Below are positions 36,791 through 46,408 of a DNA stretch of 64,000 nucleotides, piece after piece. The notes under the pieces were generated by a model that saw nothing but the letters and a program-made list of their open reading frames with translations, had not been told where the DNA came from and ran no database searches. Made by a program: the position numbers and the translations under genes. Positions within the stretch are counted from its first letter, which is position 1; every line of letters starts with the position of its first letter. The stretch spans positions 242,464 through 306,463 of the IMG/VR virus record IMGVR_UViG_3300032268_000832; one strand, 5' to 3'.

Positions 36791-37620
36791 AAATAATTTT
36801 TAAAAATAATTGGAAATCGATAATGTTATCATATACGCTATTTTCAATAAATTCTATTTTAATGTTAATGTATCCAAAAATATTGGGTAATACAATTGAC
36901 CATTTAATTGCTAAAGATTATACGTATATTTGGTATATGATAGGGACATTTATTTTATTAATGTTTTTTGGTTATATCAGTAAAATATACGATATAAAAG
37001 TCTTTTCAGGTATATTTAGAAAATTTGCTTCTGATGAAACTAAAAAACAATTTGAAAACGGTGTTGAAACAACAAAAATAAATGGTAGATTAACACTGAT
37101 GCATTCTGTTATTAGATTTTTTGAATTTGATATGATTGTGGTTCTTAACACAATCTTTGGTGTTTTAGGTTCATTATATTTTTTATCTTTAGTTAGTTGG
37201 CCAATTGTTGGGTTTTTATTAATAAGTGGTTTAGCTATTTTAGCTGCTAGTTATTATTATTCACCAAAATTAGCAGCAATGACTAGATTAAATAATGATA
37301 TATCTGAAGAACAAACTGATATAATATCTGATAGAAAAATAAAGGGTGTTAACAATTTATTAAGAAGAGGTCAAAAAATAGCTATTAAAAAATCATACAT
37401 AGATTCAAATTTTGGTCTTTGGATACAAACAATAGTTTATGGTAGCGTAACAGCTTTATTAACATACTATGTTATGTATAATAAAGTTACGGTAGGTAGT
37501 GTATTTTCAACTTATCGTTATATGTTTGATTTCTGTAATGCTTTATTAGGGTTACCTACAATATTGACATCTTATCTTAATATTAAAGATGTTGTAAAAC
37601 GATTAGAAACAGAAGAATAA
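36778..37620 (+). CDS. ABC-exporter-like six-TM domain protein (no ATPase domain)
   Basis: YPKILGNTIDHL, YDIKVFSGI, TVGSVFS; six TM segments. Confidence 0.75.
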   Translation: MDKLKIIFKNNWKSIMLSYTLFSINSILMLMYPKILGNTIDHLIAKDYTYIWYMIGTFILLMFFGYISKIYDIKVFSGIFRKFASDETKKQFENGVETTKINGRLTLMHSVIRFFEFDMIVVLNTIFGVLGSLYFLSLVSWPIVGFLLISGLAILAASYYYSPKLAAMTRLNNDISEEQTDIISDRKIKGVNNLLRRGQKIAIKKSYIDSNFGLWIQTIVYGSVTALLTYYVMYNKVTVGSVFSTYRYMFDFCNALLGLPTILTSYLNIKDVVKRLETEE

Positions 37621-37621
37621 A

Positions 37622-38143
37622 ATGAAAAAATTTACAAAATTATCGGTATTTGACTTTGATGGGACGCTTATAGATACACCGCTTCCAGAAGAAGGAAAAA
37701 AAATATATAAAGAAAAAACTGGCAAGGATTGGCCACATGCTGGATGGTGGGGCCAACCTATGAGTCTTGATATGCAAGTCTTTGAGATGCCAACAATAAG
37801 CAATGTAATTAATGATTATAAGAAAGAAACCAAAAACCCTGATACTATGATTGTTATGGTTACTGGTAGAATGGTTAAATTAACTGATTTGGTTAAAGAC
37901 ATACTTAACAGACACGGTCTTAAATTTCATGAATACCATTTCAACAGAGGTGGTAGCACAGAATCAGCTAAAAAGAAAACATTTGACCAAATCCTATCAC
38001 AACACCCTTCAATAAAAGAAGTTGAGTTATGGGATGACAGAGAGGAACATATACCCATTTTTCAAGCATGGGGTGATGAACATGTTGCATCTGGTCGATT
38101 AGATAAATTTAATATAAATGTAGTGCCTTCTGTAAGGCATTGA
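37622..38143 (+). CDS. HAD Swiss-Army-knife RNA-repair-like phosphatase
   Basis: VFDFDGTLIDTP, GWW, MVTGR, LWDDREEH. Confidence 0.85.
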   Translation: MKKFTKLSVFDFDGTLIDTPLPEEGKKIYKEKTGKDWPHAGWWGQPMSLDMQVFEMPTISNVINDYKKETKNPDTMIVMVTGRMVKLTDLVKDILNRHGLKFHEYHFNRGGSTESAKKKTFDQILSQHPSIKEVELWDDREEHIPIFQAWGDEHVASGRLDKFNINVVPSVRH

Positions 38144-38212
38144 TAAACAGCCCGCTATAAAATAGTGGGTTTTTTTATTGTTAAAAAGAAAAAAAATAAG
38201 TATTTTTGTAAT

Positions 38213-40168
38213 ATGAATAAAGAAAATAAAATAAAAATAGGTGATGTTTTAGAAGGTAGAATAAGTGTTAACGCTAGTGGTTCAGCATATTTGACGGACC
38301 CAAATCTACCAAAAGACATTTACATACACAAATCCAACACCAACAAGGCGTTGCATTTGGATAAAGTAAAAATCCGCACCAAAGAAGGTGTTGGTAGAGC
38401 AATGGAAGGTGAAGTAATTGAAATCGTTGAACGATTCAGAACGGAATTTGTAGGTACGCTTCAAATAAGTCCTAAATTTGCATTTTTTATCCCAGACAGT
38501 AACAAATTACCAATAGACTTTTTTATACCGTTAAACTCGCTTAATAAAGCTCAAAATGGTCAAAAAGTTGTTGTTAGACTTACTGAATGGAAAGATGATG
38601 CAAAGAACCCTAATGGTGAAGTTATTCGCGTGTTGGGTGATGCTGGTGAGCACGAAACTGAGATACACAGTATACTTGAAGAATATGGATTACCATACGA
38701 TTTTGAGGAAGATGTGTTAGCAGAAGCTAGAGCGATTCCAATTGAGATAACACAAGCTGAAATTGATAAACGTAGAGATATGCGTAACGTACTTACGTTC
38801 ACCATTGACCCAGCGGATGCCAAAGATTTTGATGATGCGTTGAGCGTTGAATGGGTTGACGGTGAGCTGTTTGTTGGTATTCACATTGCTGACGTATCAC
38901 ACTACTTACGTCCAGACACAGAGTTAGACAAAGAAGCGTTTGCCAGAGGTACCAGTGTGTATTTAGTTGACAGATGCGTTCCAATGCTTCCTGAGAACTT
39001 ATCTAACGGATTGTGTAGTCTTAGACCTAACGAGGACAAATTGTGTTTCTCAGCGGTGTTTAAGTTGGACCAAAACGGTCATGTGTTGGAAGAATGGTTC
39101 GGTAGAACTGTGATAAACTCTAACCGTAGATTTACTTACGAAGAAGCACAGATGCTTATTGAAGCCAAAAAGTTACCAGAAGAATATGAAGAATATTTCC
39201 AAACAGAGGAAGGTCATGCGTTATGGAAATCTATTCTAACACTTAATAGAATAGCACAGAAAATGCGCAAAGGTCGTTCAAAGAAAGGTTCTATTTCGTT
39301 TGACAAACAAGAGGTTAAGTTCAAGTTGGATGAAAACAACAAACCAGTTGGTATTCATTTCAAGGTTGCAAAGGATTCAAATAAACTTATTGAAGAATTT
39401 ATGTTGTTGGCAAACAGACATGTTGCTCAATACATAAACAAACGAGAATTACCTAATGTAAACAGAGCGCATGATAAACCTAACGATGATAAATTAAATA
39501 ACTTAAAAGAATTTATTTCACAGTTTGGATATGAAATCCGTATTGATACACCAGAAGAAACTACAAGAACGCTTAACCAGTTGTTGTTGGACGTTAGAGG
39601 TACTGCTGAGGAAGATATGATTAACAACTTGGTTGTGAGAACAATGCAGAAAGCAAACTATACAACCAAAAACATTGGTCACTATGGACTTGGGTTCAAA
39701 GACTACAGCCACTTCACCAGTCCGATTAGACGTTATCCTGACGTTATAACACACAGACTGTTAGGGTTGTACTTGGAGAACAAACCAACGCTACCTAAGA
39801 TTGAAAAACTAGAAGCTAGATGTCAACACTTATCTGAAAGAGAAAAGAAAGCACAGAAAGCCGAAAGAGATTCAATTAAATTTATGCAGTGTGTGTATAT
39901 GAGTGAAAACGTAGGTAAAGTGTTCAAAGGAATAGTTAGTTCTGTAACGGAATACGGTATCTTTGTTGAAATTTTAGAGAACAAGTGTGAAGGACTTATC
40001 AAATTATCTGAAATACAAGGTGACACATATCAAGCTGATACTTTAAATCATTGTGTTAAGGGTTATAACACTGGTCACAAGATTAGACTTGGTGATATGG
40101 TTCATGTAATAGTTTCAAGTGTAGATATAGAAAAAAAGAACATAAATTTATCTTTGATTAACCTTTAA
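38213..40168 (+). CDS. rnr: ribonuclease R
   Basis: cold-shock domains, FTIDPADAKDFDDALS, LIEEFMLLAN, HFTSPIRRYPD, C-terminal S1. Confidence 0.96.
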   Translation: MNKENKIKIGDVLEGRISVNASGSAYLTDPNLPKDIYIHKSNTNKALHLDKVKIRTKEGVGRAMEGEVIEIVERFRTEFVGTLQISPKFAFFIPDSNKLPIDFFIPLNSLNKAQNGQKVVVRLTEWKDDAKNPNGEVIRVLGDAGEHETEIHSILEEYGLPYDFEEDVLAEARAIPIEITQAEIDKRRDMRNVLTFTIDPADAKDFDDALSVEWVDGELFVGIHIADVSHYLRPDTELDKEAFARGTSVYLVDRCVPMLPENLSNGLCSLRPNEDKLCFSAVFKLDQNGHVLEEWFGRTVINSNRRFTYEEAQMLIEAKKLPEEYEEYFQTEEGHALWKSILTLNRIAQKMRKGRSKKGSISFDKQEVKFKLDENNKPVGIHFKVAKDSNKLIEEFMLLANRHVAQYINKRELPNVNRAHDKPNDDKLNNLKEFISQFGYEIRIDTPEETTRTLNQLLLDVRGTAEEDMINNLVVRTMQKANYTTKNIGHYGLGFKDYSHFTSPIRRYPDVITHRLLGLYLENKPTLPKIEKLEARCQHLSEREKKAQKAERDSIKFMQCVYMSENVGKVFKGIVSSVTEYGIFVEILENKCEGLIKLSEIQGDTYQADTLNHCVKGYNTGHKIRLGDMVHVIVSSVDIEKKNINLSLINL

Positions 40169-40215
40169 TATTTATTTTTACATACAAAATGCTTATATTG
40201 TGTAAAATTAAAGTT

Positions 40216-40989
40216 ATGACAGATAAAAAAATTATTCTTAATTTCATTGAAAGAAACTATACTGTTCAATTATCAGAAAGTTTTAAAGTCTATGATAAAG
40301 TTGAAAATAACACTCTTACAGTTGAAGGGTTTTACGAAGAGGTAAAAATCATATTGGGTGATTTTGGCAAAGAAGAAAACAATGTTATCAACATTGTTAG
40401 AAACTGGCTTTCAGATAAAAAAGCGCAATTGGTTAAAGACTTAGATTCTTTTGTTAGAAAAATGGATTTGACTAAGGGTTTTGAACATATTTCAAAACTA
40501 ATGCTTAAAAAATTCTCGGATGATTATAAATACAACAAAGCGTTTATGTTGGAATATGCTTCCGAACATTACAATGAAAAAGTCCTTGTTCCAAAATTAC
40601 AAATTCATATTGAGTATCTTAAGAATATAGAAAAAAACAGACTTAGTTATGATAAAACAATATCAGATTTTGAATCAGAAATGAAATTTGAAGGTTTTAA
40701 ACAACAAGAGTTTGTTAGAGAATATTTGTTAAAATGGTATAAAGATACTGTAATTGATGAGAAAATAGATGATTTGCTAAGCCAATTGGTTATTACGTTG
40801 GGTCCTAGAAGTTGGAAAGTAACATGGATAGGACATGGTGAGTTGAATAGACCTAAAATTGAATCAGTGTTTGGGAATCAATCACCGTCAATTTATGAAT
40901 ACATCATGAAAAAATACGACCAATGGTATGAAACAGCTGTTGAATTTGCTGCTGAAAGATTAATAAGTAAAAATTTTGGAGGGTTTTAA
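40216..40989 (+). CDS. hypothetical protein
   Basis: ORF track. Confidence 0.75.
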   Translation: MTDKKIILNFIERNYTVQLSESFKVYDKVENNTLTVEGFYEEVKIILGDFGKEENNVINIVRNWLSDKKAQLVKDLDSFVRKMDLTKGFEHISKLMLKKFSDDYKYNKAFMLEYASEHYNEKVLVPKLQIHIEYLKNIEKNRLSYDKTISDFESEMKFEGFKQQEFVREYLLKWYKDTVIDEKIDDLLSQLVITLGPRSWKVTWIGHGELNRPKIESVFGNQSPSIYEYIMKKYDQWYETAVEFAAERLISKNFGGF

Positions 40990-41186
40990 AATGGAAAATA
41001 CAACAGGAACAACACAAAACCAAAACGTAAGAGTTTTTGGTGCTTCTACTCGTTTTAAGGGTAGTAAAACAATATATATGCAATTAGAAGAAGAAAAAAA
41101 GAGAAAAGAAGAAAATAAAGAGTAGTTTTATTTGTATTGTTTGATTTTTATTTGTATATTTGCAAAGAATTTAAAACAAAAACATA

Positions 41187-42407
41187 ATGAGTATCTTTAA
41201 TTTTTTTAAAAAACTTTTCTTTAAAGAAAAAAACACAGCGTATGTAAATCACCCAGAAGCGGTTATCATCGCTTGTTATTTTAATCCTGAAAAAAACCCT
41301 TACAGGTTGATTGCATTTAACAAGTTTTACGAATCAATCAAACATTTAAACCACAGAATTGTGGAATGTGTTATTGGTGACGCTAAACCAGAACTAAACC
41401 ATAACAACTTAAACTTTAGTTTGGTACACACCAAAACAACTCTTTGGCACAAAGAAACTTTGTTGAATGGTTTGATTAAAAAATTACCATATTCTTTTAA
41501 GTATGTTATGTGGGTTGATGCTGATGTATTGTTCACAAATAAAAATTGGTTAGTAGATGCTGTTAACAAATTGCAAAAAAATAGAATCGTTCAATTGTTT
41601 GAATATTGTGTTCACTTAGAACAAGACCAATATGAACCAGATTTTAATTTACATGAGGCTAAAGACTTAATGAGTTGTGAACCATTAGTTAGACACCCTA
41701 GAATGTGGAGAAGCTTTGCAGCTAATTTTGTAACAACAAACTACTCTGACGACCACAACTATGACAAACATGGGCATGTTGGTTTTGCGTGGGGTGCTCA
41801 AAGAAGTCTTTTGAGAGAAATGCCTTTGTACGATAAAGCATTGGTTGGTGGTGCTGACCACATCATGGCACATGCAGCTGCTGGTCACATTGGTCACAAC
41901 TGTATTACAAAATCATTTACAGAAGACATTGAAGCTGTTAACAAATGGTCTAAAAAATTCTTTAAAAAGACTAAGGGTAAATTGGGCTTTGTTGAAGGTG
42001 ACTTATATCATATTTGGCATGGTAGCCTTGAAAATCGCCAATATTTAAAACGCATTAAAGAATTTACACCAATTGCTAAGAAAATTAGCAAAAAAGACAA
42101 GAACGGTTTGTATATAACTGAGGATGATACTTATGTTAAAAACTATTTTAAACATAGAGAAAACACTGGTCAAACTAAAACTACAAACGTTAGTGTTGAT
42201 AACGATAATTCTTTTGTTGAATCAGCTGTCATTGGTTACATGACTGATTCAACGGCCATTGGAACTATTGTTGGTGGTAATATGGTTGGTGCGATGGTTG
42301 GTGATGCATTGAATAATAACGAAGGTTTTGCAGATGGTTTTGGTGGTGGAGATTTCTCTGGTGCTGGTGCTGGTGCATCCTTTGATGATAATGAAAATTT
42401 TTCATAA
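41187..42407 (+). CDS. GT-A fold glycosyltransferase-like protein with Gly-rich tail
   Basis: WHKETLLN, WVDAD (DxD), GFAWG, GGAD, HIWHG; tail GFGGGDFSGAGAG. Confidence 0.7.
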   Translation: MSIFNFFKKLFFKEKNTAYVNHPEAVIIACYFNPEKNPYRLIAFNKFYESIKHLNHRIVECVIGDAKPELNHNNLNFSLVHTKTTLWHKETLLNGLIKKLPYSFKYVMWVDADVLFTNKNWLVDAVNKLQKNRIVQLFEYCVHLEQDQYEPDFNLHEAKDLMSCEPLVRHPRMWRSFAANFVTTNYSDDHNYDKHGHVGFAWGAQRSLLREMPLYDKALVGGADHIMAHAAAGHIGHNCITKSFTEDIEAVNKWSKKFFKKTKGKLGFVEGDLYHIWHGSLENRQYLKRIKEFTPIAKKISKKDKNGLYITEDDTYVKNYFKHRENTGQTKTTNVSVDNDNSFVESAVIGYMTDSTAIGTIVGGNMVGAMVGDALNNNEGFADGFGGGDFSGAGAGASFDDNENFS

Positions 42408-43057
42408 TGAAGATAACTTGCATAAGTGATACACATAATCAACATTTACATATCCCACCTGATTGGTTAGAAGGTGGGGATGTGTTGGTGCATGCTGGTG
42501 ATGTATCTGGAAGAGGAACTTTGAAAGAAATCGAAGCTTTTTTAGAATGGTTCAATGAGCAACCATACACACATAAAATTTTTATAGCTGGAAATCATGA
42601 TTTCTGGTTTGAAAAAACAACTGGTTTTGTTGTTAACGAAATGTTGCAAGAAAAGTATCCTAATGTTAAATACCTAAACGATAGTGGTGTTGAAATTGAT
42701 GGTGTAAAGTTCTGGGGTTCACCTGTTCAACCATGGTTCTATGATTGGGCATTCAACAGAGTTGGTACTGATATATGTGAGCATTGGGATATGATACCGC
42801 TTGATACCGATGTGCTTATAACACACGGTCCTATGAAAGGTATTTTGGATATGACTCTTAGAGGTGTATCAACTGGCTGTCCTTATTTGTTGGAGAAGTC
42901 AGCTGAAATGACTAACCTAAAACTATTCGTGTGTGGTCACATACATGAGGCTTATGGTAAGTTTGAGTTCCCAGATGGTGGTGTGTTTGTAAATGCATCA
43001 ACACTTAATTTCAACTATAACGTACAAAATAAACCAATTGTGGTAGAAATAAAATGA
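42407..43057 (+). CDS. metallophosphoesterase
   Basis: ISDTH, HAGD, AGNHD, THGP, GHIHE. Confidence 0.93.
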   Translation: MKITCISDTHNQHLHIPPDWLEGGDVLVHAGDVSGRGTLKEIEAFLEWFNEQPYTHKIFIAGNHDFWFEKTTGFVVNEMLQEKYPNVKYLNDSGVEIDGVKFWGSPVQPWFYDWAFNRVGTDICEHWDMIPLDTDVLITHGPMKGILDMTLRGVSTGCPYLLEKSAEMTNLKLFVCGHIHEAYGKFEFPDGGVFVNASTLNFNYNVQNKPIVVEIK

Positions 43058-43338
43058 GTGAAAAGTATAAACCAATAGCAAAAGAAACAGAACAATACCA
43101 TTATTTTAGTACTGCTGAAATGATTGGTTTTATCACAACCAATTCAGGTATGGATTGGAATAAGTGTTGTGACTATGTAATCAAAGTAGGTATTTGCAAT
43201 GATGATGGTCGAAACTTATGGGATAAAGATGTTCTTAAAAACCCAAAAGATTATAACGAAGACGTTGTTAAATGGGTTGGAGCATTCTTTGAAGCTCATC
43301 CATGGGTAGAAAGATTTTATTTAATTTTTGATGATTAA
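43054..43338 (+). CDS. hypothetical protein
   Basis: ORF track. Confidence 0.7.
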   Translation: MSEKYKPIAKETEQYHYFSTAEMIGFITTNSGMDWNKCCDYVIKVGICNDDGRNLWDKDVLKNPKDYNEDVVKWVGAFFEAHPWVERFYLIFDD

Positions 43339-43401
43339 AAAAATAATCATAAAAAAATTTGACTTGAATTAAAAAAGTTAGTATATTTGCATTATAAAAT
43401 A

Positions 43402-43485
43402 GGTCAAGAGTCGCAAAAGGCGATGGAAACACATGTGGTTTCCGAGAACATAAGTCTCTTTTAGGTGAAGACCCTAATGTTGACC
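43402..43485 (+). ncRNA. candidate multi-way junction RNA
   Basis: GGTCAA/TTGACC closing four hairpins (TCGC/GCGA, GGAAAC/GTTTCC, GAGA/TCTC, TTAGG/CCTAA) right after a promoter. Confidence 0.55.
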
Positions 43486-43585
43486 GCAAGAAACCCAACA
43501 GTTAAGTCCCTAGTAATAGGAAATTGACAAAAGTGGTCTGGAACACTTTACTGCTATGGTTGACACTGGGAATAGACTAGAAAAC

Positions 43586-43684
43586 GCGAGAGTGGCGAAG
43601 TTGGTAAACGCTAAGGTTTTTAGCCAGAAGTACTATGGAACAACTAAGAACTTGGTGTCGGTGGTTCGAGCCCACCCTCTCGCA
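43586..43684 (+). ncRNA. tRNA-Leu-like RNA with extended non-canonical anticodon arm
   Basis: GCGAGAG/CTCTCGC-A, TGGCGAAGTTGGTAAACGC D arm, GGTGG-TTCGAGC-CCACC; no 7-nt anticodon loop. Confidence 0.75.
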
Positions 43685-43696
43685 CAATTAAAATAG

Positions 43697-43890
43697 AAAA
43701 CTTTCTACAGAAGACATATTAGCGATGTTGAAAGGAACCTTGGCTTCATGGGATTAGCTACCCAACCGAAGTTCGAATGCCCCAAGGTACTCTGTGATGG
43801 ACCCTGCTCTGATGTGCACGATTAACAGGTGAGAAGTAAAATATTCTCAGTAAAATCCACAACTGCGGTGAGCGTAGAGAAGGTTTTTTT
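43697..43890 (+). ncRNA. candidate structured RNA, about 190 nt
   Basis: TTCTAC/GTAGAG and ACCTTGG/CCAAGGT stems; GC-rich; no ORF. Confidence 0.45.
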
Positions 43891-43901
43891 ATTTTAGTTA
43901 T

Positions 43902-44019
43902 GGTTAGGTGGCGGAATAGTAGACGCTCGGAGGTCAAAAGATTTTGTACATAACTGCGGTAAGTGAGGATATTGACTGTTGAACACTTACAATTACAGGT
44001 TCAAGTCCTGTCCTAACCA
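43902..44019 (+). ncRNA. tRNA-like RNA with expanded anticodon/variable region
   Basis: GGTTAGG/CCTAACC-A, TGGCGGAATAGTAGACGC, ACAGG-TTCAAGT-CCTGT; about 68-nt middle with GTAAGTG/CACTTAC stem. Confidence 0.75.
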
Positions 44020-44219
44020 CAAGTCGCTTTAGGGGGTCGACCACAGACAACAGTTTGGTATAGTCACGTAAACTGGGAAAATAGAGTGGAGGGTTTTAAA
44101 TGTTTACCATAAGAACGTAAGGCTTATTATCGATGAAACGAAGTTCCTAGCGTAAAACAGAACTAAAAACTAAAAAGTAAGGACACATATGGGTGAGACT
44201 TCAAACCTAGTCCTGAAAT

Positions 44220-44295
44220 ATCCGTATAGCTCAATTGGTAGAGTATTCGGTCCGAGGGGGCCGAAAGGTTGTAGGTTCGAGTCCTACTGCGGATA
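44220..44295 (+). ncRNA. anticodon-less tRNA-like RNA (tetraloop-capped arm)
   Basis: ATCCGTA/TGCGGAT-A; TTCGGTCC-GAGG-GGGCCGAA; GTAGG-TTCGAGT-CCTAC. Confidence 0.8.
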
Positions 44296-44313
44296 CAACT
44301 AAAAGTATTGAAT

Positions 44314-45027
44314 ATGAAAATAATAGCCTTAGGTGACACGCATGGTCGTGACACATGGAAGAGTATCGTTAAAACGGAATTAGAAAGTAGCGATAAAATT
44401 ATCTTTATTGGTGATTATTTCGATAGCAGAGATGATATTGACGCTTCAGCACAAATTGAAAACTTCAAACAAATATTAGACTTAAAAAAAACGAACCCAG
44501 ATAAAATTGTGTTACTAATTGGTAATCACGATTTTCATTATTTAAAAGGGTGTGGTGAAACTTATTCAGGGTATCAGCAATATGCTGCCATGGATATTAA
44601 TGAGGTCTTACAACCAGCTTTATCTTCTGGACATATACAAATATGTTATGTTCATGATGGGTATATTTTTTCACATGCTGGTTTAACTCAAACATGGTGT
44701 GGTGAGAATGAAATTGATTTATATAACATTGAAGAATCTGTTAACATTAGGTTTATGAAAAACATGGAATCGTTCAGATTTGAATATGGTGAAAACATGG
44801 ATAGAAGTGGTGATGATGTAACTCAATCACCACTATGGGTTAGAATACCATCATTGTTAAAAGATATGGTTAAGGGGTTTACATACATTATAGGTCATAC
44901 AACTGTTAAAGAAATGTATATGGCTAATAACATTATAGCTATTGATTGTTTAGGTACAAGTGGTGAGTATTTAGTAATTCAAAATGAAACAGCTTTAGCT
45001 AGAAAAATAGTTATAGAAAAAGAATAA
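44314..45027 (+). CDS. metallophosphoesterase
   Basis: GDTHG, GDYFD, GNHD, SHAG, GHT. Confidence 0.92.
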   Translation: MKIIALGDTHGRDTWKSIVKTELESSDKIIFIGDYFDSRDDIDASAQIENFKQILDLKKTNPDKIVLLIGNHDFHYLKGCGETYSGYQQYAAMDINEVLQPALSSGHIQICYVHDGYIFSHAGLTQTWCGENEIDLYNIEESVNIRFMKNMESFRFEYGENMDRSGDDVTQSPLWVRIPSLLKDMVKGFTYIIGHTTVKEMYMANNIIAIDCLGTSGEYLVIQNETALARKIVIEKE

Positions 45028-45032
45028 TAAAA

Positions 45033-45491
45033 ATGAAAAATTTAATAACAAACCGTAAGGCTTATTATGAATATCATATTTCAGAAACTCTGTCATGTGG
45101 TATTCAATTAAATGGTTCTGAAATAAGACCAATAAAAGAATCAAAGACATCTATAAACGAAGCTTACTGTTACATATCAGAAGGTGAACTTTTCATCAAA
45201 GGGATGTATGTTGCACCACATAATGGTAACATTAAGAACTATACACATGATACCAATAGAGATAGAAAATTATTGGTTAAAAAAATTGAAATTGAAAGAC
45301 TTCAACAAAAGGTTGGTGAGAAAGGGATGACGATTGTTCCAGTTTCTATCGTATTAAATGATAAAGGTTTAATAAAAATAATCATTGGTTTGGCTAAGGG
45401 TAAAAACGTGAGGGACAAATCTGTAGCTATTAAACTTAAAGATTTAGATAGAGATATGAAAAAAAATATTAAAAATAATTTTGGAGAATAA
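45033..45491 (+). CDS. smpB: SsrA-binding protein
   Basis: NRKAYYEY, GIQLNGSEI, RDRKLL, GMTIVP, GLAKGK. Confidence 0.95.
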   Translation: MKNLITNRKAYYEYHISETLSCGIQLNGSEIRPIKESKTSINEAYCYISEGELFIKGMYVAPHNGNIKNYTHDTNRDRKLLVKKIEIERLQQKVGEKGMTIVPVSIVLNDKGLIKIIIGLAKGKNVRDKSVAIKLKDLDRDMKKNIKNNFGE

Positions 45492-45535
45492 AAAATAAGT
45501 ATTATATTTGCCACATAAATTTAAAATTACAAAAA

Positions 45536-46408
45536 ATGAGAGCATTAAAAATCAACAAAAAAATTACTAGTAGAGAAAATTCGTCTTTCATTCAATATAT
45601 GAGAGAGGTTAACGAGATTCCTTTACTTACACCTGCACAAGAAACTGAATTGGCTGAAAAAGCGGTAAATGGTGATAAATTAGCAGCTGAAGAATTAGTT
45701 GTTAAAAATTTACGTTTCGTTATTTCAGTAGCTAAACAATACGCAACTGACAAAATTTCCTTGGAAGATTTGGTAAATGAAGGTAACATTGGTCTTATCA
45801 AAGCTGTTGAAAAGTTTGATATCACTAAGGGTTATAAATTTATTTCATTCGCTGTATGGTGGGTTAGAAAATTAATGATGGAATATGTTTCTAATTATGG
45901 GAAAACTGTTCGTATCCCAGCCAATCGAATCAATGAAATGTCAAAATTAAATAAATACATTTCAGCTGTAGAACAAAAAAATTGTCATAAAGTTGATATT
46001 GAAGAAATTATTTCTGAATTTCCAACTGAATTTGCTTCAGATGATTTTGTTTTATTGGATAGTTTAAGTAATTTTAAAGTGGATTCTTTAGACCGTGAGA
46101 TTCATTCAGATGAAGGGAATAGTACGTCAGTGTCTGATTTAATGTTTGACGAAAATGCTGATGATACTGATTATTTATTAGGTAAGTCTGATATTAAATC
46201 AGAAATCAACGCTGCTTTATCTACTCTTAAACCAAGAAACAAACAAATAATGGAAATGTTGTTTGGTCTTAATGGTTATCCAGCAATGACACTTCAAGAA
46301 GTTGGTGATGAAATCGGTTTAACTAGAGAGATGATAAGACAAGTAAAGGAAAAATCACTTAAACTAATGAGTAAAAATAAAAGGATTCAATTAGTGGCTC
46401 AAAGTTAG
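45536..46408 (+). CDS. RNA polymerase sigma70 factor (Bacteroidota primary-sigma-like)
   Basis: NLRFVISVAKQY, DLVNEGNIGLIKAVEKFD, FISFAVWW, TLQEVG..LTREMIRQ; no region 1.1. Confidence 0.95.
   Translation: MRALKINKKITSRENSSFIQYMREVNEIPLLTPAQETELAEKAVNGDKLAAEELVVKNLRFVISVAKQYATDKISLEDLVNEGNIGLIKAVEKFDITKGYKFISFAVWWVRKLMMEYVSNYGKTVRIPANRINEMSKLNKYISAVEQKNCHKVDIEEIISEFPTEFASDDFVLLDSLSNFKVDSLDREIHSDEGNSTSVSDLMFDENADDTDYLLGKSDIKSEINAALSTLKPRNKQIMEMLFGLNGYPAMTLQEVGDEIGLTREMIRQVKEKSLKLMSKNKRIQLVAQS

Noticed and set aside
43400-44300. tmRNA near smpB
   Set aside because: No GGGG-start acceptor with G3.U70 enclosing a tag ORF; the tRNA-like units here have full D arms
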